64,000 nucleotides of DNA. It comes from Prevotellaceae bacterium UBA1746 (lineage in GTDB: Bacteria > Bacteroidota > Bacteroidia > Bacteroidales > Bacteroidaceae). Positions 49,434 through 58,764 of this stretch are shown one piece after another (within the stretch, counting starts at the first letter, position 1; each line of letters starts with the position of its first letter). Where the stretch lies: the NCBI GenBank assembly GCA_002314875.1, contig DCHS01000002.1, positions 1,115 to 65,114 on the forward strand. The letters run 5' to 3'. The notes beneath the pieces were generated by a model that had not been told where the DNA came from, ran no database searches, and saw only the letters and a program-made list of their open reading frames with translations. The translations under genes and the position numbers were made by a program.

Positions 49434-50651
49434 ATGAAAAAAATGTGGCTCGCACTTTTATTAAGTTCCGGACTGTCTGCACAGGCCCAGATGGTGGATC
49501 TTGGTGACCGATTAGGCCGCCAGGATTACCATATCGACACCACAGATGTTAAGACGGTAGGACTGGATGTGGACGCTTTGGGATTCTTCAAAGATAACGA
49601 GTTCGACGGCAATGTCGTTAAGGGATATTCACTCCCGGGATTCCGCCTGCAACCCCGCGTGACCTATACGCCAATTGAGCAAATTCGCCTTGAAGCGGGT
49701 TTCCATGCACAGGTTTTCGATGGCACAAACAAATATCCTGCCTATGTCTTCCATGACATCGCAACCTGGAAGGGTAACAAATACCAACGTGGAGCACATG
49801 CACTACCCTTCTTCCGTGCCACAGCAAGTCTTGGCCAGGAACGAAAGAGCCAGACGACGATCGTTCTCGGCGATATCTATGGCGGTACAACGCACAAATT
49901 ACTATTGCCTCTCTATAATCCCGAACTCGTTCTCACCGATGACCCGGAAATGGGAACGCAGATTATCGTTGACCGTAAGCATTGGCATAGTGACCTTTGG
50001 CTCAACTGGCAAAGCTACATCTACGAAGAGGATACGCACCAGGAGGCTTTTACGTTAGGATGGAGCCAGCGCGTGAATGTTCGAGGTGCCTATTTCCCTG
50101 TGCAACTCCTTATCCAGCATCGTGGCGGCGAACAGGATGTCACCAACCTCGGGGTACAAACGATAGCTAATGGTGCAATCGGTGCAGGATATGAGTGGAA
50201 AACCCAATCTGCTATAACTGCTATCAATGTCGAGGCAGATGCACTCTTTGCCTACCAGCAGCATGGAAGTCTGTGGCCTTTTGATTTTGGTAGTGCAGCC
50301 TGGGCTTGTGCAGGAATTGAGGTTAAAAAGGATCTTCATTTCCGTCTCGGCTATTTCCTCACAAAAGATTTCTGCTCGCTCTACGGCAGTCCTTTCTTCG
50401 GCACGCTGAGTACGAAATATCCAGGAGCGCGTTTTGACCGCATGGGCGCCGGCTACTGGTCTGTAGAATATGGTAAGACCTTCGCCAATGCCTATACCAT
50501 CGGAGCAAAGGCAAACGGTTATCTCAGCAGCTGTGGAGAACTTACCTATCCAGATGGTACCATAGATCCTGCCCGCTTCCGCCACACCTTCTCTTTCGGT
50601 GTTTATCTGCGAGCTTGTCCATCATTTATCTTGAAGAGTTTCAAAAAATAA
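49434..50651 (+). CDS. Hypothetical outer-membrane beta-barrel protein
   Basis: Signal peptide AQA-Q, alternating aromatic beta-strands. Start moved to 49434. Confidence 0.65.
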   Translation: MKKMWLALLLSSGLSAQAQMVDLGDRLGRQDYHIDTTDVKTVGLDVDALGFFKDNEFDGNVVKGYSLPGFRLQPRVTYTPIEQIRLEAGFHAQVFDGTNKYPAYVFHDIATWKGNKYQRGAHALPFFRATASLGQERKSQTTIVLGDIYGGTTHKLLLPLYNPELVLTDDPEMGTQIIVDRKHWHSDLWLNWQSYIYEEDTHQEAFTLGWSQRVNVRGAYFPVQLLIQHRGGEQDVTNLGVQTIANGAIGAGYEWKTQSAITAINVEADALFAYQQHGSLWPFDFGSAAWACAGIEVKKDLHFRLGYFLTKDFCSLYGSPFFGTLSTKYPGARFDRMGAGYWSVEYGKTFANAYTIGAKANGYLSSCGELTYPDGTIDPARFRHTFSFGVYLRACPSFILKSFKK

Positions 50652-50668
50652 AATAATCAGGCAGCCTT

Positions 50669-50758
50669 GTGAAGAAAAGTGAAGATAAAGTGAAGTCAGC
50701 CTTCACTTTGCATCTATTTCGTAATCAAATAATTACAGGCAAAAGTGAAGAAGTGAAG
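50669..50758. repeat. GTGAAG direct/inverted repeats around an IHF-consensus site
   Basis: GTGAAG at 50669, 50679, 50690, 50745 and 50753; inverted CTTCAC at 50701; AATCAAATAATTA at 50723. Confidence 0.7.
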
Positions 50759-50865
50759 ACTGTTTTCGGATTTTCCTGAAAATTAAAATTTGTGACAAAA
50801 ACAGACACAAACGACGGGGATTTTGCTTGTTCTGAGCCAAATTCAACTATACAGGCGATAGAAAA

Positions 50866-50928
50866 AACTAGGTCCGCGGTAGTTTCAACTAGGTCCGCGG
50901 TAGTTTCAACTAGGTCCGCGGTAGTTTT
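50866..50928. repeat. Three 21-bp tandem palindromic units
   Basis: AACTAGGTCCGCGGTAGTTTC three times (last base differs in copy 3). Confidence 0.92.
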
Positions 50929-50944
50929 TCCTATACCGCAGTAT

Positions 50945-50982
50945 AAAAAAATCCTCCTTGCAAAAAGTTGCGAGGAGGATTT
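50945..50982. terminator. Terminator, mainly for the - strand CotH gene
   Basis: AAATCCTCCTTGCAA/TTGCGAGGAGGATTT stem with an A run on the left. Confidence 0.8.
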
Positions 50983-51004
50983 AAATATTAAGCCGAGGAT
51001 TTGA

Positions 51005-54000
51005 TTACTTGATAACCTTTTGGCCATTGATGATAAATACACCATGCTGAGCGGTATTCACACGGCGACCAGAGAGATCATAAGTGGAAACCGTAGATTC
51101 ACGATGAATATCAGTTGAAGCAAGTCCGGTTGCATCATCGGAAATGACAAAGTTCGTCATACCTGAAGAGAGGCGGAAGTCATCGGAGTCATGGTCCGCC
51201 AGAAGTGCGTTGTGGATATTGATAACGCAATCGCCGGCAGAGAGCATATCATTGGCCATAAACTGCATGGTGAGGGTGGAAATGCCTTCGGGGAAAGCTG
51301 TATTTGCAGGAGCATAAATCAGGACGCGGCAGGTACGAGCATCGAGCCACTGCATGGTAGTCGTAAATCCACCCCATTCCTCAGGAAGAACAAAGGATTC
51401 CGGTTCGCAGTATTCTGGCAATGTCATATCGAACTGCAAGGCATTGTATTCACCATCAGCAACAATGAGTTCCATAGGAACCCCTGCTGCTGTGCCCATA
51501 AGTACCTTAAAGGGCTTCAAGCGAAGTGCAGCATCTGCAACAGGAAGACGGTTGCGCTGATTGGCGAGAGCATCTTCTTCTGTTGATTCTGCCAAAGAAC
51601 GAATGGCTACGACATCACGGAGATTGAGGGTTCCGTCAGTATTAACATCTGCTTTGTCAAGGACCAGATTATCATTGGTAATACCCTTCGTATAGTTTAA
51701 TGCGCAAACCACATCAGCAACCGTGATCAGCCCACTGCCATTGGCATCACCCAAAGCGATTTCTGCCATTTTCTCATCGGAGAGATCATAGACATCAAGA
51801 TTTTTATACAGCCAATTCGCACGCTTTTCCAACCAAGTCTTTGAACGGGCGGTATGGGTAACATAATCGGGATCGCCCCAAAGGGTAGCATCGTGCTTGA
51901 AAGACTTTTGGACGAAATCGTAATAATCATCGCAATAATCGAGCAACTCTGTCAGTTGGCCCGAAGTCATGAAATGGTGCCAGAGACTGTAATAGGCTTT
52001 CTTTACTTTATCACTATTATAACGCAAAGCCTGAAAGAAGGGTGTACCTGAACTTCCGTTTTCAAAAACGGACTCTTCTGCCTTGTTCACAAAGTATTGG
52101 AATGTACCATCATAACCATATGCCCAGTCAAAATCCCAGACAGGACCAAGAACATACTGAGATTCCAAATTCAAAGTGAAACCATCAGTATCTGCTGTAT
52201 AGGCGTTTTCCGTATAAATGTACCAGCTCTTGGGGTGTTTCAATTCGCAGTTACGAGCCAAATCAGTGACAAACATCGTACGAGCGAAAGCATCAACATC
52301 AAGTAGTTTATCGTAAGAAGAATCGCCTTTCTTCAAAACACTGGTGAAATTATTAAAATGAGCCTTGATTGCAGAGAGTTTATTTGTACGTATTGTCGCA
52401 TCTACTTCATCTTCAAGATCGGGTTCCATGACCATTGTCGGCAAAGAAAAACTGCTATCCTTGAACTTATAGGTCTCATCATAATAACTATCGAGTTGCA
52501 AAAGGAAGGCACCACTTTCATCATCGAGGTCGACGCTATTATTGGCAAAACCTATCTTCTCCGTCATATTATATGAACCACGATAGTCTCCGTTAATATA
52601 CAGTTCAACAGGAATGATATGGTTACAAGCGGGTGATGCAACCATGTCCGCCATCTTCATCGAAAGGGCATTCGTTGTCATGGAACCGCTCTGCTTGTTG
52701 GCCAAAAGAACCCAGTTTTTGCCCTTCTTCATACCCAAGATCTTCTGCTTGCTATCAAACTTCAAACGATATGGATTCTTGGAATTTGAACTTCCCGTCG
52801 CTGTTGCACTGGCGCCTCCCCAACTGGTGTTACCACGACCTTTGATATTGACTACCGTCTCGGGTAAATCATCAAAAATGCCACCACCGTCAATGGAAAT
52901 CTTGGCGGTCTTATAGGTTGTCTTGCTGGTTATGAACTTGCCATCGTCGGTCTGGATATAGACCGTAGGAATACCATAGGCGGCTGTATTGTTGCGGCTG
53001 TCCGTTGCCCACTTAATATTAATATTATAGGTGTTGCCAAAGGGCTGCATCGTACATTCGCCGGAAGCCTCAACAAGGGTTACGGGGTTGTAAGGGTCGC
53101 TAACATCGTAAATCGCACCGATAGTTGGAACAAAACTATACACGTTGTAATTTCCCGGTGTTACGACATATTGCACAAGACCTTCATCGAAACGACGACG
53201 GGTTTCCTTGCTGAACTGCTGGACACCATCGACGTAAACATTGGCATCATCAGAAGTGGTCTTGAACGAAGCTGTCAGATATTTTCCGATAGCAGACTTG
53301 ATGAGTATCTCGGTATTGCGAGGCAAGCGGGTGATAGGACCATTGGCATCAGAACCGACAGTTTCAACCGGTGCCTCGATGTCTGCCATCAACTGGTCGT
53401 TGTATTTGTTGTTGAACTTGAAGCTCTCCAGTTCGGGAAGGGTATTTTCCAAACCTTCAAAGGTAGAGCGCAATTCTTCGATTTCGTAGCCTTTATACTG
53501 ATAAACGGCACCGCCTTTGAGGGTGAGTTTCAAACCGCCGTCAGCGATTTCTTCACGGGAAACGATGAGTTTCTCAGGGAAAGCATCCATACGACCGGTA
53601 GTCTGAAAAACAAAGAGGGTATCTCCTGCCGTAGGGTCAACGAAATGATCAGGATGATAGACTTCAACAGTAGCGTAGGCCTTGACACCGCTGCCATCAG
53701 TAGCAGCAACAACAAGATTGGCGGTTCCTTCAGATACTGCGGTTAGTTTGCCTTGGGCAACTTTCAGCACATTGCTGTTATCGCTGTTCCAAGAGAGCGT
53801 AGGACGTGTTGCATCAGTAGGAAGAACGGTTGCATTAAGCTGGTAACTGCCGCCAACAGGCATCTTCAACGCTGTATGGTCAAGGGTGATGCCTGTAACA
53901 AGCGTCGGGGGTTCTGTATCCACCTTGACAAACTTAAAGCAACTATTCGACGTACCGCTGAAAGCAGCATTGCTATAAGTTCCTAACTGGAAGGATCCTG

Positions 54001-54421
54001 TACGAAGGTTCCAATGATAGGCACTTTCCTGTTTGTTGTCAATATAGTAAGAATCATTGTACTCGTTAATGATCCAAAGACAATAGTCATCCAACTCATC
54101 AGCGAGGTTCATATAACGATCGTTCTGGTAGTTCTCGGACCAGGTAAGATACTGTCCCGTAAAGGCATTGCGGAAACTGTAGTATCCGTCCATATCCTGA
54201 TCGATATACCAGAAATACTCCTCGTCTGTCGGCGCCGTACTTGATGCGACATAGTAAAGGGGATAGCTCTTTCCCTGCAGGCTACCGATAGCCACATAGC
54301 CCTCAGCATAGTCACAAGTGATATAGTATCGGAAACCTACCTCAATATCAGCTGCAGACACTCCGGTAAAGATCGTGGAGAATAATATAAATAAAAAAGA
54401 AAGTGCTTTCAGATTTCTCAT
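51005..54421 (-). CDS. CotH-family kinase with Ig-like (Big_2), dockerin-I, cohesin-like and T9SS CTD domains
   Basis: IKGRGNTSW, KNPYRLKF, WVLLAN, VELYINGDYRGSY, GPVWDFDWAYG; dockerin loops GDANGSG..ADVNTDG; cohesin-like ALQFDMTLP; CTD YDLSGRRV..INGQKVIK. Confidence 0.85.
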   Translation of the reverse strand: MRNLKALSFLFILFSTIFTGVSAADIEVGFRYYITCDYAEGYVAIGSLQGKSYPLYYVASSTAPTDEEYFWYIDQDMDGYYSFRNAFTGQYLTWSENYQNDRYMNLADELDDYCLWIINEYNDSYYIDNKQESAYHWNLRTGSFQLGTYSNAAFSGTSNSCFKFVKVDTEPPTLVTGITLDHTALKMPVGGSYQLNATVLPTDATRPTLSWNSDNSNVLKVAQGKLTAVSEGTANLVVAATDGSGVKAYATVEVYHPDHFVDPTAGDTLFVFQTTGRMDAFPEKLIVSREEIADGGLKLTLKGGAVYQYKGYEIEELRSTFEGLENTLPELESFKFNNKYNDQLMADIEAPVETVGSDANGPITRLPRNTEILIKSAIGKYLTASFKTTSDDANVYVDGVQQFSKETRRRFDEGLVQYVVTPGNYNVYSFVPTIGAIYDVSDPYNPVTLVEASGECTMQPFGNTYNINIKWATDSRNNTAAYGIPTVYIQTDDGKFITSKTTYKTAKISIDGGGIFDDLPETVVNIKGRGNTSWGGASATATGSSNSKNPYRLKFDSKQKILGMKKGKNWVLLANKQSGSMTTNALSMKMADMVASPACNHIIPVELYINGDYRGSYNMTEKIGFANNSVDLDDESGAFLLQLDSYYDETYKFKDSSFSLPTMVMEPDLEDEVDATIRTNKLSAIKAHFNNFTSVLKKGDSSYDKLLDVDAFARTMFVTDLARNCELKHPKSWYIYTENAYTADTDGFTLNLESQYVLGPVWDFDWAYGYDGTFQYFVNKAEESVFENGSSGTPFFQALRYNSDKVKKAYYSLWHHFMTSGQLTELLDYCDDYYDFVQKSFKHDATLWGDPDYVTHTARSKTWLEKRANWLYKNLDVYDLSDEKMAEIALGDANGSGLITVADVVCALNYTKGITNDNLVLDKADVNTDGTLNLRDVVAIRSLAESTEEDALANQRNRLPVADAALRLKPFKVLMGTAAGVPMELIVADGEYNALQFDMTLPEYCEPESFVLPEEWGGFTTTMQWLDARTCRVLIYAPANTAFPEGISTLTMQFMANDMLSAGDCVINIHNALLADHDSDDFRLSSGMTNFVISDDATGLASTDIHRESTVSTYDLSGRRVNTAQHGVFIINGQKVIK

Positions 54422-54436
54422 AGTTGATTTTATCTA

Positions 54437-54480
54437 AACAGACTTGACTCCCGCTTATCGGCGAATGTCAAGTCTGTGTT
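54437..54480 (-). terminator. Hairpin between cysD and the CotH gene
   Basis: ACAGACTTGAC...GTCAAGTCTGT stem with a short T tail on the - strand. Confidence 0.5.
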
Positions 54481-54501
54481 CGTGTGTCAAAGTTGAGTTC
54501 C

Positions 54502-55410
54502 TTAAAAATAACCTTCACGCTTCTTCTGTTCCATGGAAGCTTCCTGGTCAAAGTCAATGACGCGGGTGGTACGTTCTGACTTCGTGGTGGTCATCATTTC
54601 CTCAACAATCTTTTCGATGGTGTCGGCTTCACTCTCGATAGCACCGGTGAGAGGCCAGCAGCCAAGGGTACGGAAACGGATGTCACGATACTCAATACGA
54701 TCTTTGTATTCTTCGGGAAGACGATCGTCATCGGGCATAATTAACTGACCATCGAGATTGATGACGGGACGCTTCTTCGCGAAATAGAGAGGAACAATGG
54801 GGATATTCTCCAAACGGATGTACTGCCAGATATCAAGTTCCGTCCAATTGCTGAGGGGGAAAACACGGATGCTCTCACCCTTGTGAACCTTAGCATTGTA
54901 TATATCCCAAAGTTCAGGACGCTGATTCTTGGGATCCCACTGGTGGAACTGGTCACGGAAAGAGAAAATACGCTCCTTGGCACGACTCTTTTCTTCATCG
55001 CGACGAGCGCCACCGAAAGCAGCATCGAACTTGTGCTTGTCAAGGGCAGCAAGGAGAGCTTTCGTTTTCATAAGGTCGGTATGAACCTTTGAGCCATGAG
55101 TAAAGGGACCTACGCCTGCCTTGAAAGCTTCTTCGTTGCTCTCGACGATTAGATCCCAGCCGTGCTCAGCAGCATAGCGATCGCGGAACTCTATCATTTC
55201 CTTGAACTTCCACTTAGAGTCGATGTGCATCAAAGGAAAAGGAACCTTTCCAGGTGCGAAAGCCTTTTCTGCAAGACGAACCATCACACTGGAGTCTTTA
55301 CCTATAGAGTAAAGCATCACGGGGTTCTCAAATTCCGCTGCCACCTCGCGGATAATATAGATGGACTCTGCTTCGAGTTCCTTCAAGTGGCTAAGATTAT
55401 AGGATTCCAT
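54502..55410 (-). CDS. cysD: Sulfate adenylyltransferase subunit 2
   Basis: [41 protein letters not shown] motifs. Confidence 0.97.
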   Translation of the reverse strand: MESYNLSHLKELEAESIYIIREVAAEFENPVMLYSIGKDSSVMVRLAEKAFAPGKVPFPLMHIDSKWKFKEMIEFRDRYAAEHGWDLIVESNEEAFKAGVGPFTHGSKVHTDLMKTKALLAALDKHKFDAAFGGARRDEEKSRAKERIFSFRDQFHQWDPKNQRPELWDIYNAKVHKGESIRVFPLSNWTELDIWQYIRLENIPIVPLYFAKKRPVINLDGQLIMPDDDRLPEEYKDRIEYRDIRFRTLGCWPLTGAIESEADTIEKIVEEMMTTTKSERTTRVIDFDQEASMEQKKREGYF

Positions 55411-55439
55411 TTGTTTTCTTTATGAGGAGGGCACAGCCC

Positions 55440-56030
55440 TTAGATTGCTAAAAGTTCGATGATTTTCTGGACACTTTCTTCGACAGCGAGACGACTGGTG
55501 TCAAGGCTTAACGCTGGATGCTCAGGAGCCTCGAAAGGTGCAGAGATTCCGGTAAAATTCTTAACTTCACCACGACGGGCACGGGCGTAAAGACCTTTGA
55601 CATCGCGGCGCTCACACTCTTCGAGAGGGGTTGAAATATAGATCTCCTTGAAATCCTCGTCACCAACGATTTCCCGTGCCATCTCGCGGAGATCGCGGGT
55701 CGGGCTGACAAAGCAGGCAATGGTGATGATGCCAGTCTCGACGAAGAGTTTGGATACTTCCGCGATACGGCGGATATTCTCCGTACGATCTTCCGCAGAA
55801 AATCCCAAGCCCTTATTGATGCCTGTACGTACATTGTCACCGTCAAGGAGGCGGACAAGACGACCACGACGGTGCAACTCGCGTTCGAGGGCGAGGGCAA
55901 CAGTGCTTTTACCAGAGCCAGAGAGACCTGTCATCCAAAGCAGAGTACCGTGCTGTCCGAGGAGATCTTCTTTGGCTTCGCGTGGAAGCATACGGTCGGT
56001 GATAGGATAAAGATTATCTATATTTTGCAT
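55440..56030 (-). CDS. cysC: Adenylyl-sulfate kinase
   Basis: TGLSGSGKST, LDGDNVR, RDVKGLY, FTGISAPFE motifs. Own -7 element at 56058-56051. Confidence 0.96.
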   Translation of the reverse strand: MQNIDNLYPITDRMLPREAKEDLLGQHGTLLWMTGLSGSGKSTVALALERELHRRGRLVRLLDGDNVRTGINKGLGFSAEDRTENIRRIAEVSKLFVETGIITIACFVSPTRDLREMAREIVGDEDFKEIYISTPLEECERRDVKGLYARARRGEVKNFTGISAPFEAPEHPALSLDTSRLAVEESVQKIIELLAI

Positions 56031-56146
56031 ACTAAGTCCAATTTACGCTGCAAAATTACAAAAATCTGGATAATAGGCAAAGAGGAAAGTAGGAGAAAGT
56101 GGATGAACGCATCAAAACACTCGCTATTTGCTGAGTACAGTCAAAT

Positions 56147-56192
56147 AAAAAGGCCTTCGGACAACCCCCGACGGAGTTAACCAAAGGCCTTA
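56147..56192 (-). terminator. Terminator after M6 genes
   Basis: AAGGCCTT...AAGGCCTT stem with a T run on the - strand. Confidence 0.65.
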
Positions 56193-56215
56193 ATCGGTTA
56201 TTTTCAATAAAAAAC

Positions 56216-58726
56216 TTACTTGATTACCTTCTTACCATCGATAATGAAGAAACCGTGAGAAGCGGGACTTACACGACGACCACTGAGGTCGTAGGTAATG
56301 GAAGAAGGTACGGAGATAGTAACTGTGCTTATGCCTGCCAAGACATGAGGATTAGCCGAGAAAATCACGGTTCCTTCAGGAACAGGATCATAAACATAGG
56401 CATATACACGGGAAGCATTGCTACCTGCCGAACTTACCGTAATCTTATCGCCAGAACCACGGAGGTAGTAATGGGAAGATCCTGTCGTTGATGTACCATA
56501 AAGGCCAAAAGTATCATGCCATCCGAAGGGACACATGCTGGAACTGAGAGCTACACCACTAAGACTTGCAAGGAGATAGTCACTATTATTCTTTAAGATG
56601 TAATAGCCCTCTTCATCATACTGGCAAGTCCATACCAATGTCGTTTGCGGATCAGTGATAGCTACCCTATTGGCAACTTCTTTCAAAGTAACGGGGGTAG
56701 CAGAAACAGAACGTGCCTTGGTGGTGGTCAAGAGAGAGGCATCGAGTGCATAGGTATCACCCATTTCATTGGCAGAAGCAAAGACAACTTTGCCGTCTGC
56801 AGGGAGACCGTCGGTAAGGAGATAGGAATCTTCCCAAACACCCGTCTTGCTGTAACAATAAACAGCATAGAGCGTAATGTCGGACTCGGGCTGGTAGGTT
56901 TCACCAGCGAGGAGAAGAACTTCTGGACGAACTTCTGTCTCATCTTCAATGGGAGAAGTGCTCCAACCAAGGAATCTCCAGCCAACTTCGTCTGTCGTTG
57001 CTGTTGGAAGATTGGTCTTTTCACGGCATGACTGCTGGGTCCAAGAGGAAGTTGAACAAGAACCATTTTCTCCGGTTATATAAGTCACCGTATAACGGGT
57101 ACCGTCATCGGGACCGCCGTTAAAGGTAAAATATATTTCTCCATTGACTTCCTTAATGTCTGTAATCGGGCGATGAAGTTTATAAGAACCATCGGTATTT
57201 CTCTGGAAAAGCTTGCCGCCACAAGTCAAATGGCTGTCATCATCGAAGACGGTCACTTTCTTGTTACCAGGATAGAGATCGCCGAGGAGTTCGGTACGGG
57301 TAGGATAATAGTTACCATTCTGCTTGCTACCATAATCACAGTCAGCGGGAACAATGCTCATACGCTGGTGGTTAACGGTATTGTTTACCGTGTTGGCCGT
57401 CCAAGCAGACTTCAGATAATCCACATGGGTAATCATTAGACCATGAGCACCCGAGTAGTTTCCCAAGTATTTGAACCAACGGCTGGATTGTCTGTTTTCA
57501 AGAAGGAAATATTCATTTGAATAACGGGCATTGTAGATGATGTAGGTATCATCAGCATCGCCAATGAACTTCATAGCTTCGATATTTGTTCCTTCATCAA
57601 GAACCTTAGGCTCCAACCAACCCGCCATCCAACGTTCGTAAGCAGTATAACCACTGGGAACTTCACCCCATGCAGCAGGACCGTTATAACAACCCTGGTC
57701 AAGGAGATCCCAGACATTCATACCGAAACCACCGCTGTATCGGGTATCATAGAAATCAGGGTAGCCAATACAGTGGCTGAACTCATGACACGCCGTACCG
57801 ATACCATTCATCACAGTGCCATTGCTTCCACGAAGTTCGCAGGAACAGGCATAGGTATCGATCTTCACACCATCAAGCGTCAGTGCGCTGGTACCATAGC
57901 CATAAGAAAGCCAGGCTTCATGGGGCCAGATAGCAAAGGTATCACCGCTGGCATGTTCACCATAGCCGGCATAGATCACATAAACCTGATCAACCTCTCC
58001 GTCACCGTCCCAGTCATAGTCTTTGAAATCTACCTGATCGTTAACTAACTGACAGGCTTCGCTGACCATTTTTGCTGGATTAGTGTCGCTACCGGAATCT
58101 GAATAGTTCTTACCGTAATACGCATAATCCTGACTGACGGTAACAGGACCTACAACATCGAACTGAAGGTCAAACTTGCCATAGCTCTGGTCGCTGAAAT
58201 AATCATGAACGGAGCCGATATGGCTGTTCTTGTTATAACCGACTTGATTGAAACTATCATCAAACTCCTGACGGGTGTTGGCCGCAGCAAAGGTTTTATC
58301 GGTAAAGTTTACCAAGATGACGAGACCCTTCTTCGTTCCGAACATGTTACCATTGAAATCTCCGGGAGTACGCTTCGGACCATTTTCGAGCATCATCTGC
58401 TGACGCTGTTCCATGGTAAATCCCGTGTTCTTTGCGAAACGCTCAGCACGGAGGGCATTGGCTTGGGCAGCACGTTCCATGGCACGAGTCTGCATGGTTT
58501 TCAATTGAGCGACCTCGGGAACATAATAAAAACCTGCCTCGTTGCGAAACATTTTCTTTCCCGAGTTAACTTCAAGGAAATAGTGGAAATACTCGTCACC
58601 GACCATCTGAAGAGTAAGAACGGTTCCATCAGACTGGGTAACAGTGAACGTGCTTCTGCGTGCGGGAACAGCCATAGCGCTGCCTACGCAGAGACATGTC
58701 AACAGGGTAAGAAAAAACTTTTTCAT
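56216..58726 (-). CDS. M6-family (immune inhibitor A-like) metalloprotease, T9SS cargo, copy A
   Basis: AVPA..QSDG propeptide, HEFSHCIGYPDFYD zinc motif, FLLENRQ, InlB B-repeat (FLGWST..ITLYAVY), CTD. Confidence 0.9.
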   Translation of the reverse strand: MKKFFLTLLTCLCVGSAMAVPARRSTFTVTQSDGTVLTLQMVGDEYFHYFLEVNSGKKMFRNEAGFYYVPEVAQLKTMQTRAMERAAQANALRAERFAKNTGFTMEQRQQMMLENGPKRTPGDFNGNMFGTKKGLVILVNFTDKTFAAANTRQEFDDSFNQVGYNKNSHIGSVHDYFSDQSYGKFDLQFDVVGPVTVSQDYAYYGKNYSDSGSDTNPAKMVSEACQLVNDQVDFKDYDWDGDGEVDQVYVIYAGYGEHASGDTFAIWPHEAWLSYGYGTSALTLDGVKIDTYACSCELRGSNGTVMNGIGTACHEFSHCIGYPDFYDTRYSGGFGMNVWDLLDQGCYNGPAAWGEVPSGYTAYERWMAGWLEPKVLDEGTNIEAMKFIGDADDTYIIYNARYSNEYFLLENRQSSRWFKYLGNYSGAHGLMITHVDYLKSAWTANTVNNTVNHQRMSIVPADCDYGSKQNGNYYPTRTELLGDLYPGNKKVTVFDDDSHLTCGGKLFQRNTDGSYKLHRPITDIKEVNGEIYFTFNGGPDDGTRYTVTYITGENGSCSTSSWTQQSCREKTNLPTATTDEVGWRFLGWSTSPIEDETEVRPEVLLLAGETYQPESDITLYAVYCYSKTGVWEDSYLLTDGLPADGKVVFASANEMGDTYALDASLLTTTKARSVSATPVTLKEVANRVAITDPQTTLVWTCQYDEEGYYILKNNSDYLLASLSGVALSSSMCPFGWHDTFGLYGTSTTGSSHYYLRGSGDKITVSSAGSNASRVYAYVYDPVPEGTVIFSANPHVLAGISTVTISVPSSITYDLSGRRVSPASHGFFIIDGKKVIK

Positions 58727-58764
58727 TCTTTATTAATAAAGCGATACTTTATTTCAATCAAACT

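Noticed and set aside
50725-51045. Small ORFs with TTADLVE / STRSAVV repeats
   Set aside because: They are translations of the 21-bp intergenic repeat, with no plausible start context.
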